From positions 62,001 to 126,000 of the forward strand of contig JAQGDQ010000085.1 in assembly GCA_030141605.1 (NCBI GenBank): DNA of 64,000 nt. Direction: 5' to 3'. Made by a program: the position numbers and the translations under genes. Position 1 is the stretch's first letter; each line of letters begins with the position of its first letter. The DNA comes from Tubiluchus corallicola (lineage: Eukaryota; Animalia; Priapulida). Under the pieces are notes generated by a model. That model searched no databases. It was not told the origin of the DNA and saw only the letters and a list, made by a program, of their open reading frames with translations. Shown piece after piece: positions 27,201 through 40,300 of this stretch.

Positions 27201-28039
27201 ACAATGATAATGTTAAAGTTTTCTGATTGGCCCACGAGGTAAAAAAACCAATAACAAGGCCCAGACACCTATCCTAAGAGCTGGACTTCGTTAGTGTTGC
27301 GGTGTAGCTTATGGGATCGTTTAGATACGCCATTAATTTATTCAATTTTCAAAGATCTCCGTTATCCATTCGGTATTTCCTGGCCTTGGTACGGATCGCA
27401 CTCTATTTATGATGTTGCGCACCTTTAGCACAGAATCTTTTCAGCACATATTTTTTCAGATGTGTTAAAAATCTTTGCATTGTCAATAACCTGAAAAAGT
27501 AAGCAAGGCAGATTTCTTAACTATTTCTTAAATACGCAGTTTTGTAGACCCATAAGCCGTAAGATTACCGACAATTGAAAATCGATTAAACATTTAGAAT
27601 ATACGAAAATTACTTGCACAAAAGTAATGATTGGATAAAAATAATAAGTATCTTTCCCCAATTAGCACAAGAATTCCACTTCCACGCGCACAAATAAGAA
27701 CGGAATTTACTCGTCGTAATTCCTACAGATTTTACATAGGTATATTAACTAAGTCAATGTTTTTTGTCTTTTCTTTAGGGAAATTTGTAATCTTGGAAAC
27801 TGGACCTGTAAATAATGGCATTCCGCATTAGCGCTTTTGCATACATTACTGGACCTGTATTACTATAACCCCTGGAACGCTTAACTATTATTTACGCTAT
27901 TTTTGTCGTTCTCTTCGTTTCTTTACTATTCTCTACAGACAAAGTAGACCAAGTCTTTCTAGTACGCACTAGTAATCAAAAGAATAACCTCGCGAACGAT
28001 GGCAAAAATAGGCCCACACATGTTCTTAATCAAGTGAAA

Positions 28040-28170
28040 TCATTTTTATAGTATTGTGTTATAGCGCTATACCTCTGCTATACAATGCCATCAACGGAAT
28101 TTATTTGAACTTACACACATTTTCTTATATTACATGCCAACGATATCCTATTTCCATGTGTTGTTCTATG
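28040..28170 (+). mobile_element. Possible further RT relic
   Basis: PLLYNAINGI followed, after a frameshift, by ILHANDIL, resembling PLLFxxYINDL...LYADD. Confidence 0.3.
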
Positions 28171-29080
28171 TGACACAGATAATTTTGAGGGCTTATTCCA
28201 TTTCAGTCACTTGAAACATTCGTAATTATATCCATTGCATGACAGACACCATAACTGCATAACACGAAAATAAAACTTTGCCGTAAAGCAGTACAGCTCG
28301 ATGTAACACAGGATGTAACAGACATTACCAACATCTGTCTTGCTGCTGCAGAAGAAAATAAACCTAAAGTAAACCTTGATGATACGCACAGAATACATCG
28401 CAGCTCTTGATGCATAAGAAGCAGTTTGACTGTAGAAGAAACAGAAACATCAGAAACAATTAATCAGTTGAAAAAGAAGAGTCCCACAAAGCTGCGTGGA
28501 ATCACATTGACGCTGACGTTCTTATTCACTATTTTTTATTCATGTAGTTATTTCATTACTACTTTTATCATCTCTTTTAAATGCTCTACTTTTAAATATT
28601 CACTGCTTTTAAATGAGCAACCAAGCTCAAACTTTTTTCACTTTATACTTGATGAAGTAAAAACTATTAGTAATCTAAAACCTATTAAATCTGGAGAGTA
28701 ATCCCTAACATTTTATTCCGTAATTGCTGCTCTTATTTTAACTTTGTTGAACTGTTAAATTCCCATAGATACACATTTTACTTCACTCGCGCACTTATCA
28801 TCAAATCCAAAATAAAAAATAATGATTTTTCAGATAACTAATGGTTTTAATGATTTTTTATAATTGTGAACATTTACTAAAATCTTCTGACAACAAATAA
28901 TGAATTTTCCTTGTAATTGTTTGAGGCAAGGGGGAATTCTGTCTCTACAACCTTGTACTTGCTGAATGAATTAATGCCTATAAATAAATTCATTTTGTAA
29001 TGCAATAATTGAAGTCTGCAATAATCGAAGTCTGGTTTAAACACTTATAAGTTTATGCCAGATACAAATAATAACAGTAC

Positions 29081-29140
29081 ATCAACAACGACAGCAACAA
29101 CGACGACAAGAGCAACAACAACAACAACAACAACAACATA
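29081..29140. repeat. (CAA/CGA)n microsatellite
   Basis: caacaacgacagcaacaacgacgacaagagcaacaacaacaac... Confidence 0.9.
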
Positions 29141-29805
29141 AAACTGAACAGTTTTTAGCTGTTTAAACAATTTTGTAGTATAAGTGAGTGATGACGGTCA
29201 CAAAAGAGGACTTGCTCACTATTTGAAATGAAGTGCTGTTTTAGTTTTATGGGTAGACGCCCTTATCTGTAGGCTTAATACGATTTTGCACAATTTTTGG
29301 AGACAGCCAAAATGCAGGTTTAGTAATACGATTTTGCACAATCTTTGGTCTGGAAACAGTTAGAACTGGACAGTTTTTAACTGTTTGGACAATTTTGTAG
29401 TATAGATGACTGATGAAGGTTATAAAAGATGCTTCGTTCTTATCTGCTTATTATGTGAACACCTAATGTCTTGGATAAGTGAAGTTTTATTTGAAAGAAA
29501 AAATATTCTATCAGATTGATAGCTACGATGACCTCCAAGCCTGATAAAATCTACAGCATCCCAAATTACCGCTCTCGTTTACCCTAGATAAGGTAACGTG
29601 GTTAACAGAAATGACGCTCAAATACTGTTAAATAGCTTCTCTTCTCATGTTCAGACTCTCATTTTCTTACGGTACACATGGAGAAAATAATGCAGTTTGA
29701 TGAAGCGACTGGCACTCAGTGTTCAACGCATAGCGCTGTGGCTTCACGAGTGTGATACTTACAGGACTAACACTGTGGGACAATCGTAGAAATTACAATT
29801 GGCCT

Positions 29806-30255
<450 letters not shown>

Positions 30256-33200
30256 CTTTTCCATTTTCTTGGATGCATTCCAATTTCAAAGACACGGTTT
30301 ATTCTTTTGTGGAACATTATTAACAATAGCTGTAAAGCAAGGTGCACTGCAGCTACTGTCAGTACAACTTACACCATGGCTTCCCTAAAGCAATCATTCA
30401 GCCGTGGCAAAGCTATAGATACTGTGTATGAATGAGTTAATTGATTTGTAATTATGCAGGCTTCACTTATAGTCGCAGTTTTCTTGCTGTTTTCGAAACT
30501 TGGGTGTAGACTATAATTATTTATATTTTGGTGTTAATTTTGCTGTATATGCGTCACCGTGCTGTAAAAAATGTTAATGCAGTTAAATATTACTGTACGC
30601 TGTATAATTTTAATAATAAAATGCTATGCTGAACGTGTTGAAAAGGCGTTTTTAAAATAGAAAGTGAGAATGCTAGCGGCGATAGCGTATAAGTTTTTCG
30701 TCTTGTCCAATTCTAGTATTGTATATTGATGGAAAGCACACATTCACCAAGGTTTAAATGAAACGAAGTCAATCAATTCAGCTACCCTATTTACGATCTT
30801 TATTCGTTTTGCTTGTATGTTTTCTAACAGGTGTATTGCTCCGTAATCAGGGTGCATGCTTGGCTGTAAAGTTAAACAGCATCAGGTATGAATAGTAGAT
30901 AGATTTGCAGTTTGTGGGAAAACTGCTTCCGGTCGATCTCATCTGTCTGACTGCCATGTTGCTTTCAAGAATATGCTTTTCGTTAAAAATGATGTGTATA
31001 CATATTCTCGAATGAGGCTGCTACATCACTGCAATTCTGTTGTTTCATCTCCAAGAATTATCCTTAATAAATTGTAAGATGCTGGTCCAGCCACAACCAT
31101 CTACATTCTACAATAAGTGGGGGAGGGGGTGATGTGTCGAGAGCAGAGAGGTAGGTTACAGAACTTCGAACTGCATCAAACATTTGCCAGCGCAGAACTT
31201 GTATGATTCTAATCAAACTTTTACACATTATTTTCGTCTTTTAATCTCACTAACTGCCAAAAATTATTGTTGGAGATCTGTTCAAAATTAATTTTTGTAT
31301 GATCGTTTATGTAATGTTATTACAATAATAATTAGGACCTGTCGCCTGCTAGAACGTTTAAGTCAACAGCAGTTTTGTCCACACTGAAGATGCTGACCAC
31401 TAAAATGGCAATGTGCCTGTATACGCATAAAGAAAAATCTAATTTATAAATCATAAATTGTTTAAGGGGTTAAGCGGTTTAATTTCTATTGCAGAAATTA
31501 GTACATCTTTTATTTTAGGTATAAGACAAGATCTCAGTAAAATTACTGTTTAGAGTTTGTTGTCGCATTTTTGAAAATTAAGCCAATATTGTTGCATTGC
31601 GATTGCAAATTGGTTAATGTAAAGGTAAACATACAAACAACATACCTTAACCTGGTAGAGGCGTTTATAAAAAGAACTCACATCATCGTAGAGTCCAGTT
31701 TCCTCTCTTTCCAAACAGTTATAAAATTTTGTCCAAGACCAAACGTCGTTAGCAGGGAAAATTATAATCTTTTGGGACTCCTAAATTGATGAAAGTATGG
31801 GGGGGGCTCAGAGAGTGCCACAGTCTAACTCGCCTACACCAGCCTTGGATATTTTTTACTCGTTGATATATTTTAGAGATATTTACATAGCTTAGAATAA
31901 ATTTATTGCAAATTCTTTAAATAAACCAGAATAACACTTTTATTTGTCAATAAAGGAAGACAGGATGATGATTTTAGATATGCTACCCAATTTGCAAGTC
32001 CGATAAAAGTGTACATTTTAACACGATTAAAACCGCAAAGGCGTTTCTGATAATTAAATAATAGATTGAAATTTTAATTAACGGCGGGCGAGCCCAACTA
32101 TTGTTAACACTACAAACTAACATAATTTTCAACAGTAAAAATATTCTACGAGTGTGTCGCACGTGTTTTACGACAATTGAAGTGCAGTGCTACTGTAAGA
32201 TATTCAGTGTGTTGTATTAAAACTAGGCATGTTTTAAGATAAAAATTCAAATTTCAAATTTACCGCTGTGCTCACGCATGAGCTGTCGTCAGAAAGTAAC
32301 GCATCTGAAATGAGAAGTACAGCACTTGTTTTTGCATAATGAGTTTCTGAAATGTAAGCGCTAGTGCCCGTCTAGCTAGCGAATGACGAAATGCATGTAA
32401 CAGCGAATAACTTGTGACGCGAACACGAAGTTGTGTTTGTGTGGTAATTATTCTCTCACGTAAGTCATTTTTGAAAAAAATAGTGTGTTACCTTTCAATA
32501 TTTTAAGGAGTAGATTGTTTTGACCTACAGTTTAAGATTGGGTCCGGTTTTGCTGTAAGAAATACCACTATTTTATTATTTATTGCAAAATAAATTATCA
32601 CGTATTTCAACACAAACGTAGTGAAAAAGTTCTTTATCAAATCCTATCAATTTGGTCCTACCACCTGGTAGAAATGCCCTCCAAGTCAACTGCAATTTTT
32701 TTCTGCACTGAAGATGCATTAGGAAACCTAATTTATAAATTACCAATTATTTAAGCGGTGCAATTTTTATTGACGGGAGTCTGGGCGAGAAATTTATAGT
32801 TCTTTCGCAAGAGGAGCGCCGGACTACGTGAAGTGTAGTCCCCGGCGCTCTTTTACAAACGTCTCTACCAAGATGAAAGGTTACGAGTTAACTTCGGGAA
32901 AAGTTTTTTTCTGGATGACCCTGTAGATGACCACGGTAATTCTACAAGAAAAACAATAAAACTAATTTACTTCAAACGTTACACGCGGGGACATTCGGGT
33001 TATATTTGCGTGAGCAGGTAGCATGAAGTTCAACGGCCAACTGTAATGCGGTCGTCCGTATCGTTCAAGAAGCTTATCTCGGAAGATTAAAACTCACATC
33101 AACTAGTTTGGATTTTTTCTCTAAATTCATTCGGCTGTCGAGGTCCGAGACACACCTTGCAGTGGCGGCGCCAAGAATGTCCGATATATTGCTGTTTTTT

Positions 33201-34032
33201 GGGACCTCGTGTAGTTAATTATATATAGATTTTGTTTTCCTTTCTGTTTTTGAACAATTGTTTTACAGTATGATCGCAGTGAAACTACACTGTTTTTATG
33301 AAGGCGAGATCTGAAATTCGTTTCGTCAGTCACCATTTACTTAATCCTTTCAACTGTATAGTGTCATGGAAGTGCTAATTTTAGGCAAAGTAATTGTTTT
33401 CCTATACGTCATTTTCAAATTAGTATAAATATACTTCTTCGGATTTTAAAATTTTGTTTCAGACTTTCAAATAAGTAATCACACAAAAGGCAAATCAACA
33501 CTGAGTATCAGACACAAAACATATGCTTTTTCAGTGTGAACACACTCAGCTTTGGTATTAATTTTTGCTGTGCCTGTTTTATCTTGGTTTTTATTAAGAG
33601 TCTTTGTTTTGCAGTGCATATTCTTAACGTGTTGTGAATTTTATTGAATTTTAAAAGTCTGTAATCATATTAATGTTTATAGACAAGAATTGACTAATTG
33701 TTATACTTTTTGTAGACAAAATTTGATTAGTCCCCCAGATTGATACTGGTTAGAACTAGGTACTTTTTTGGTCGATTTTTATATATGACTTGATAAACGG
33801 TTGTCTTTGTATCTAGATCTGCAACTTATGCAATTAAAGACTAGAACTTCAGTCTAGAGTTAATGTTTTTTTTGTTACTTGCTTTTGAATGAAATTTACT
33901 AACTGTCTCTTATCAAAAATGAATTCATAATATAACTAAGTATAAATAAACGTATAACCTACATCTATGTAGTAATAGTTCTGTTATTTTTTCATATAGC
34001 AAAGCTACTTTTGTGCAGTTTTACATTCTTAC

Positions 34033-34190
34033 GGTGACCGGTAATAAAGTCACAAAAAGGTTATGGAAAAGTGACAATTTTGGTTATGAAAAAGTCACAA
34101 TTTAATTTTGGCTAGGGTAGGGTTGAGGGTTATGGTTAGGAGTTATGGTTGGAGCTATTTCTTTTTTCTGTCACTTTTTTACCTGAATTC
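34033..34190. mobile_element. ~158-bp MITE with aaaagtcaca subterminal repeats and a degenerate telomere-like core
   Basis: Left ggtgaccggtaataaagtcaca versus right reverse complement gaattcaggtaaaaaagtgaca. Three aaagt(c/g)acaa units. Core ctagggtagggttgagggttatggttaggagttatggtt. TSD degenerate at best. Confidence 0.65.
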
Positions 34191-34664
34191 AATTCGCACT
34201 GCTGTATCAGCAGTTCAAATTCTCCAGTTCTTCCTTATCCACTAGCACCAATAAGCAATAGTGTCAAGTAATCCTAGCGCAGTTATGGCTTGTGTTCTCA
34301 CTACCTGGCGAATATCAAACAAACCGAAGAACTATTTATCTGTCTGAAGTAGCCGTTGTGTACATACATCATGCAGCTATCCGTCAGACTTTGTTTACCT
34401 TCGCTGATATAAATTCCAATGAGCTAGGTAGAGCTGATCGAATAATTGCATAATTGCATATAGCTTTCCTGAAATTAGTTTGCCGGATTTTGAATTTTAG
34501 ATTTGAGATTTATAGCTTATCTGTTTAGAAAATTGTTTACCTCAGGATATAAATATACAGGTGAATATACAGATGTACAATGAAAGTACAGATAGTCAGA
34601 TATATGTACAATGTATATACAGATATACACTGAATGGCCCAACTGTTAGTAAACCTATATGAAG

Positions 34665-34965
34665 CCTATGTAGAAAATTGCTATATCTCAACTATACATG
34701 TACATACATGTGTAAGGACGATTTAGAAAACTGTATATCTGATCTGTATATGTATTGTATATATGTGTAAAGGCTACGTAGAAAGTTGTATATCTCAACA
34801 GTATATGTATTTATGTGTAAGGACTACGTAACTGTATATGTATATATGTGTAAGGGCTACGTAAAATAAAAATTGTATATCTCAACGGTATATGTATATA
34901 TATGTTAACAATTACGTAGAAAATTGTATATCTCAACCGTGGTTGTTCAATGCTGTGTAGAAAAT
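34665..34965. repeat. ~50-bp-unit minisatellite, about 6 imperfect copies
   Basis: Consensus approximately ctacgtagaaaattgtatatctcaacngtatatgtatatatgtgtaagg(a/g); one copy internally deleted. Confidence 0.88.
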
Positions 34966-35784
34966 TACGCAACTGAGCGGTCTCGTACATGTACGTACAC
35001 AAAAGCTCAGAACGTATATAGCCTACACATATTATAGACTTCTGAAAATTATCTGATCAAAAATAATTTTATAATATTTTCTTACCTTTTAATTAATGTA
35101 CATAGTTCTAAAATGCTGCTGTTATTCTATTCCAGTAACAGCTGCCTGCTGTTATTGTTATTATTGTTTGTATAAACAATGCTGATATTGTCTTTTACTT
35201 TAAAAAACTATGAGTGATGAGTCGCCAGGTATTATAATGAGTATTTCAGTTAATTTATATATTAATAACATGTCAGTTAATTTTTATCGCTGCTTTACTG
35301 TAAACAACCTGCAACCATATTTGTTTCATTGTGTGTAAGCTTGTCAAAACCATTAATTTTGTGTTTTGCAAAAGCTTATAACCTATAATGACATCAAAAT
35401 CCTATAACATCCTGGCAAGGTGCAGTGTGTAGGCCTGTTATTAGCAAATACCTAGTACCTACTACCGATTTACATCACTTTAGACATAATCATAATCTGC
35501 TTTTCAAATCTTTACTGTCAGACACATTAAGTAGAGTGAAAGCTCTTTCATACGTGCTATATGACTTATCCTCTGTAATGTCAAATTTATTTAATATGAA
35601 AGAAACTTGACAGTGCGAAGATTACGTGCTTAAATAGAGGTCACGTGATTTTGTAGTTTCATAAAATCTCGTTTTGTGTAAAATTGCTACCGGTAATTAA
35701 GTTTTTAAGTGATATAAATAATATGAATATGGTAATTATTAATTACCTTGTTTTCATGTAAAAAAGCATATTATTACCTGAAAG

Positions 35785-35930
35785 TATTATTATCATCATC
35801 ATCGCCATCATCATTATCATCATCATCAACAACAACAACATTATCGTTATTGTTATTTTTTGCTATTATTGTTATTATTATTATTATTATTATCATCATC
35901 ATCATTATTATTATTGTTATTATTTTTATT
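35785..35930. repeat. (ATT/ATC/ACA)n trinucleotide repeat
   Basis: Visible directly; explains the poly-S/T/I ORF 35748..35936. Confidence 0.92.
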
Positions 35931-36559
35931 GGATAAAAAATAAGTTTATGAAAGTCACGAGTCTTGAAACAAAAGTTTGTTTTTATTACTGCTGTTTGTC
36001 ATCAATGTCGTAGGATTTTCTCTTTCGTGAGTCCATTAGTTAAGCGTCATTTGTCATCAGTATGAATAAACCTTTATATATTGTTGCCTAGTGACATTAG
36101 AAGTCTAAACATTTGCAAGAGAAGAAATTTACATGTTACTGATCTTAACGTATTTATTTGGCAGCTTAGTTAACAAATTAAGTCGTATTGTACGAACTAT
36201 TGCTATTATTATTATTTATTTTATTTGGTAATTGTAAATACCTAAGGGATGCGAATTGCAAGTCTGTAACTAAAGATATATGTCATATATTATTATTAAT
36301 AATTTTTGTGTCATGTCAGTTTTCTTAATGCTTCATGGCAAATCGTCTCCATATTTGTGCAATTCTTGAATGTGCATGTTTACTAAGAACTCCGCTATTG
36401 TCTTAAATCACTTTGCAGAAAATCTTTAACCTCACACTCCGTCAGAAGGGTTATCTGAGATTAGCACAAATCTCTTGCATTTTTGCATAAGCGTCCATAC
36501 TCAACTGGCCCCCAGGCGGACACATAACGCTTTTCCAACGCTTAAATGTATCAGATGTT

Positions 36560-37300
36560 TATAGGCTTACCGTGTTCTGTATTAATTCCTCTAAGAGTTT
36601 TTCCTTGTTTGGTGTAATCGTGCTCCCGTTTGCAAATCAGTGTTGCATTCTCCATCAGCTAAAAACGCGTGGGCGGATTTAGTGGAATTTTGTATAAGAA
36701 GGGTTGCCGTATCAGTAAAATGTATCACTAAATTCAGGGAAAGTCCATTTAAAGACATTTTTCCCATCAAAGCAAAAACTTTGCCAGGAATCTGGGTAAC
36801 ACGCCTAAATATTATGCTGATGTTTTGGCAAAAATATACTGGATCGAACTGGCGAAGTTGTGTGATTAATAATTCTGTGGTTACCAAATTTTATTTGCTG
36901 TGTCAGTTTTGAATTTTCTATTTTAATTGGTGTTAGGATTATTTAATACAAGTTAACCGATATCATTATACAAGGTCTATATACTCTGCTTAGGAAAACA
37001 CAGTGCCAATAGTCAATTTTAAACAGTTATTAGGTAATCTTTCTTTACATAGCACTGCTAACATCCATAACTAGCATGATCTGCGAGTTCGTCATCTGAA
37101 GGAGCCCAAATTTAATTTGGAGGATCATTCAAACATTGCACTGTCTTGCTTTGCCGAATCGTTACGCTGTAGTTTCGTACACTGTAGCTCGCTCCCGTGC
37201 AGTGAAGTGATCCAGGAGATCATTCCGGTTTTTGGAAAGCAAATTTCTTCTTGGAAATTCTTTCAACTGCATGCTAAGCTTTGTTTTAGTATGCCCATCC
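36560..37300 (+). mobile_element. Decayed CR1/L2 LINE ORF2 C-terminal relic
   Basis: KSFSLFGVIV (KLLGVxID-like), NAWADLVEFCIRRVAVSVKCITKFR (WxxHVxxxxKKVSxxIxxLxKxR-like), then ENTVP...IHN*HDLRVRHLKEPKFNLE and SSLP, in the expected order. Confidence 0.55.
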
Positions 37301-40300
37301 TATTGTTATACGATTCTATTACTAGATCACCCAGTATAAACAAGTCATTTAGTTTCGCTTACGTAGTTTTACTATGGTTTTGCTAGATTTTATTGCTTTA
37401 GCACAGCAAAATTTGAACTTGGCTGTGCTTACCAGTTACAGATATATTTATCTAGCATTTGTATGACATCTTACGTATACGTTGTATTGTTATTAAAATA
37501 ATAATTCGGTAACTGTTGACAATAAAATGCTATATTCATAAATTTTTTCATAAATTTGTTGTTGGGAATGTATGAGTTTACCTCAAAGAAAGTATGCCGT
37601 GCTCCAAGATGACATCAAAATTGTAAGACAAAATTGATATGTAAATAGTGACTAATAAATAACAGGACAAACACTCAAAAGAAGATTTGTCAGAAAACTC
37701 ATACATCCTGAATCTGCTAGCATTCCTGGCGAAATTGTAGCTGCTAATTCAAGTTCTTCTACAGTTTAACTAGAAAAGCTACTACCATTTATTTACTAGC
37801 AGTTTCTAAAGCGTCATTCAGCAGTTCTGTTGTAAAAGACTTGGAAGTCTCGTGTCTATACTATGACACTATTATAGTCTGCCACAGCTTACACTTTCAT
37901 TCACACATAGCTACTATACGCACGCAATACAACAATTCAAAGGGAATTCCCTTTACTCTCAGACAAAGGTTTCTATAGAAAGTCATTTGAAAAAGCTTTG
38001 TGCGATGAATGTCCAAGTACTTTATTGTTACACAAAGGTGCATGCTGTAGACCGATTGTCTAGCAGATACAGTAGACCATAAACGTGCAAATGAAGTTTT
38101 TTTTTAACAAAATTACTGTTTAATTGTTATTTAAATGCGAGCTAAGCGAGGCGACTGCATAAAAACGCGCTCTTGTATTCTTATTTTTTTTCAAGAAAGA
38201 ATAAGGAAAATGTCACCACAATGCCTGTGAGTTATAATAATATTCTTCGCGTATTTTCCCAGTTTTTGTAAGCAGCGAGTTTAGCAAAATTCGAAAAAAT
38301 TTGCTACAATTGTTAATGCCCTAATAACATAAACACAAAGTACGAGTGTTGCAGAACTTTGTTGTTGACACAGTGGAAACTCATAATTAAAATAAAATAA
38401 ACATTACGGAGATGAAATAGTGGACGAACTATTGAAAATGGGCGATTTTTCTTAGATCTTAAGAATGCTTGACAAATGTTTGGTGAATAAACAAGTTATA
38501 CCCGAATTTCGGCTAATTATAAGTTCGTTTGATCGTAAACCGCAAAAATCTGAAAGTGATTACGTCAAAAATTCCAAACTTTTCAACACGACTGATTTAT
38601 TTGTTCATTTTTGGCTGTTTCGGTCATTTCACCAAAAAGTGTTTTTCTAAAATTAGGAGCAAGTTTAGTACCCAGAATTTTAACAGCTACATTGTGTGAC
38701 GTCATAATTATTAATGGAATAATTATTTAAATTCAGCAAACAGAATGTGCCTGCAACTTCAGAAAATGCTTGATGTGGCAATGGCCGAAAATTGGCGAAT
38801 AAAATCAATTGTTTTTTAACGTCTGCCGTTTTTGAGATTGTGGTAGTTATACTGTTGCATACAAAATAATATTTCAAACTGCAGAATTCAGACTAATTAC
38901 TCGTCATGCGTCATATAGTGTGCAGATACTTGCTGTATGTAACAAAATTATTATAAGTTACTGAAAAACGACATAGTTCTGACGACTTTAATGTTTTAAC
39001 CATTTTAAATTAGAGAACACGAGACCGCGGATTTTGCCTGGTAAAAAACTAAACTTTAAGCTGAAGAATTTTGGTAGATTATGTACACGAAATTTGATTG
39101 TTTCATCACGTCCGCTGTAATTAGAAAATAATATTAAATAAATAGACATTTTACATTAGTTAGTTACATAGTTTTATTATGAAGATAATTGTCATTGCTA
39201 TTTATTAATGCTGCAAAATAAGTAGAAATTGTGTGAAACACACAAATGACAGTTTAGCTTCAGAGCCTAGAAAAGTATGTTAATATATGTGAGAATATAT
39301 TTCTATACCGTTCTAGTGACGGTTTAACTGCAAAACAAATTTACTGTGATTTTAAAATAACTCTTGCGAAAAACTAGAGAGAGAGAGAGAGAGATATTAA
39401 AATATTTTTTATCATTTTACAGGAGTAGTATTAAGCCTTAGTATTGCTAAAGCATAATGAATTGTAGTAAATTAAATTAACTTTTAGCTGTAAATTAATT
39501 TACTCATATATATGTAAAACAAGCCTATTTTTGTACAGGTTCAGGCAAATACATATCAATCACATGTACAGTGAGGCAAAAACCACCCACATCGGCACAG
39601 TAACCTTCCTAAACATTAGATCGATTTCAATTAGCAGAGGATAATGAGAGTCTTTCATCGATTATTAATTAGCTACAAATAGCGCGCATTATTATTGGTT
39701 AATGTGTAATTCTCATTGGCTGTCCAGAGCAATAATTACTCGCATTCGATTCCTTCATTAGTGGGAATCGAACTTATGCCTCTGTGATTATAAACAATTA
39801 AGTGTAGCCAGCAGTATATTAATGGAAAAAACTGCCTTAATGGAAATTTTCCTTTTTTAATCGCAACTTTTAGTGAATTTATGATGTGTACATATAATTT
39901 CTATAAATTTTGTCGTCTAGAACTTACTGCATCGACAACTTAAGTACGTAATAATTGTATTTTATTTTATTTTATTATCTAACCTAATGAATGTTTATAC
40001 TCGAACGCGTGTAGATTTTTGTGTACCGTATATTTATAAATTTTGCCTCGTACTGATAAAGAAACCTAGTAACCCATGAAGAGGTCTATTTTGCCATGAT
40101 GTTGTGCTTCAAAGCTTACTTAAAAGTTGTGTTTTAATAAGATATAAATGAATCAATGAAGTAAATGAGACGTTTTTTAAATTTTAATTGCATCTGGTTT
40201 TTATTTATCAGACCTCATCTATAATCCTAAAATTAATAATTAAATGTATTAAACGCTTTTATTGAACGTGCATACCACTTTATAAGCAAAGCTGTTTTTT

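Noticed and set aside
28990-29008. Sox-Oct composite site (TTTGTAATGCAAT)
   Set aside because: Both half-sites are imperfect, and it sits in AT-rich background sequence.
34665-34965. CRISPR-like array
   Set aside because: Units are tandem without unique spacers; eukaryotic context; no cas genes.
38130-39060. Non-autonomous DNA transposon
   Set aside because: Interior looks repeat-like (TGACGTCA, repeated gaatt...ctaatta), but I could not pair TIRs or find a TSD.
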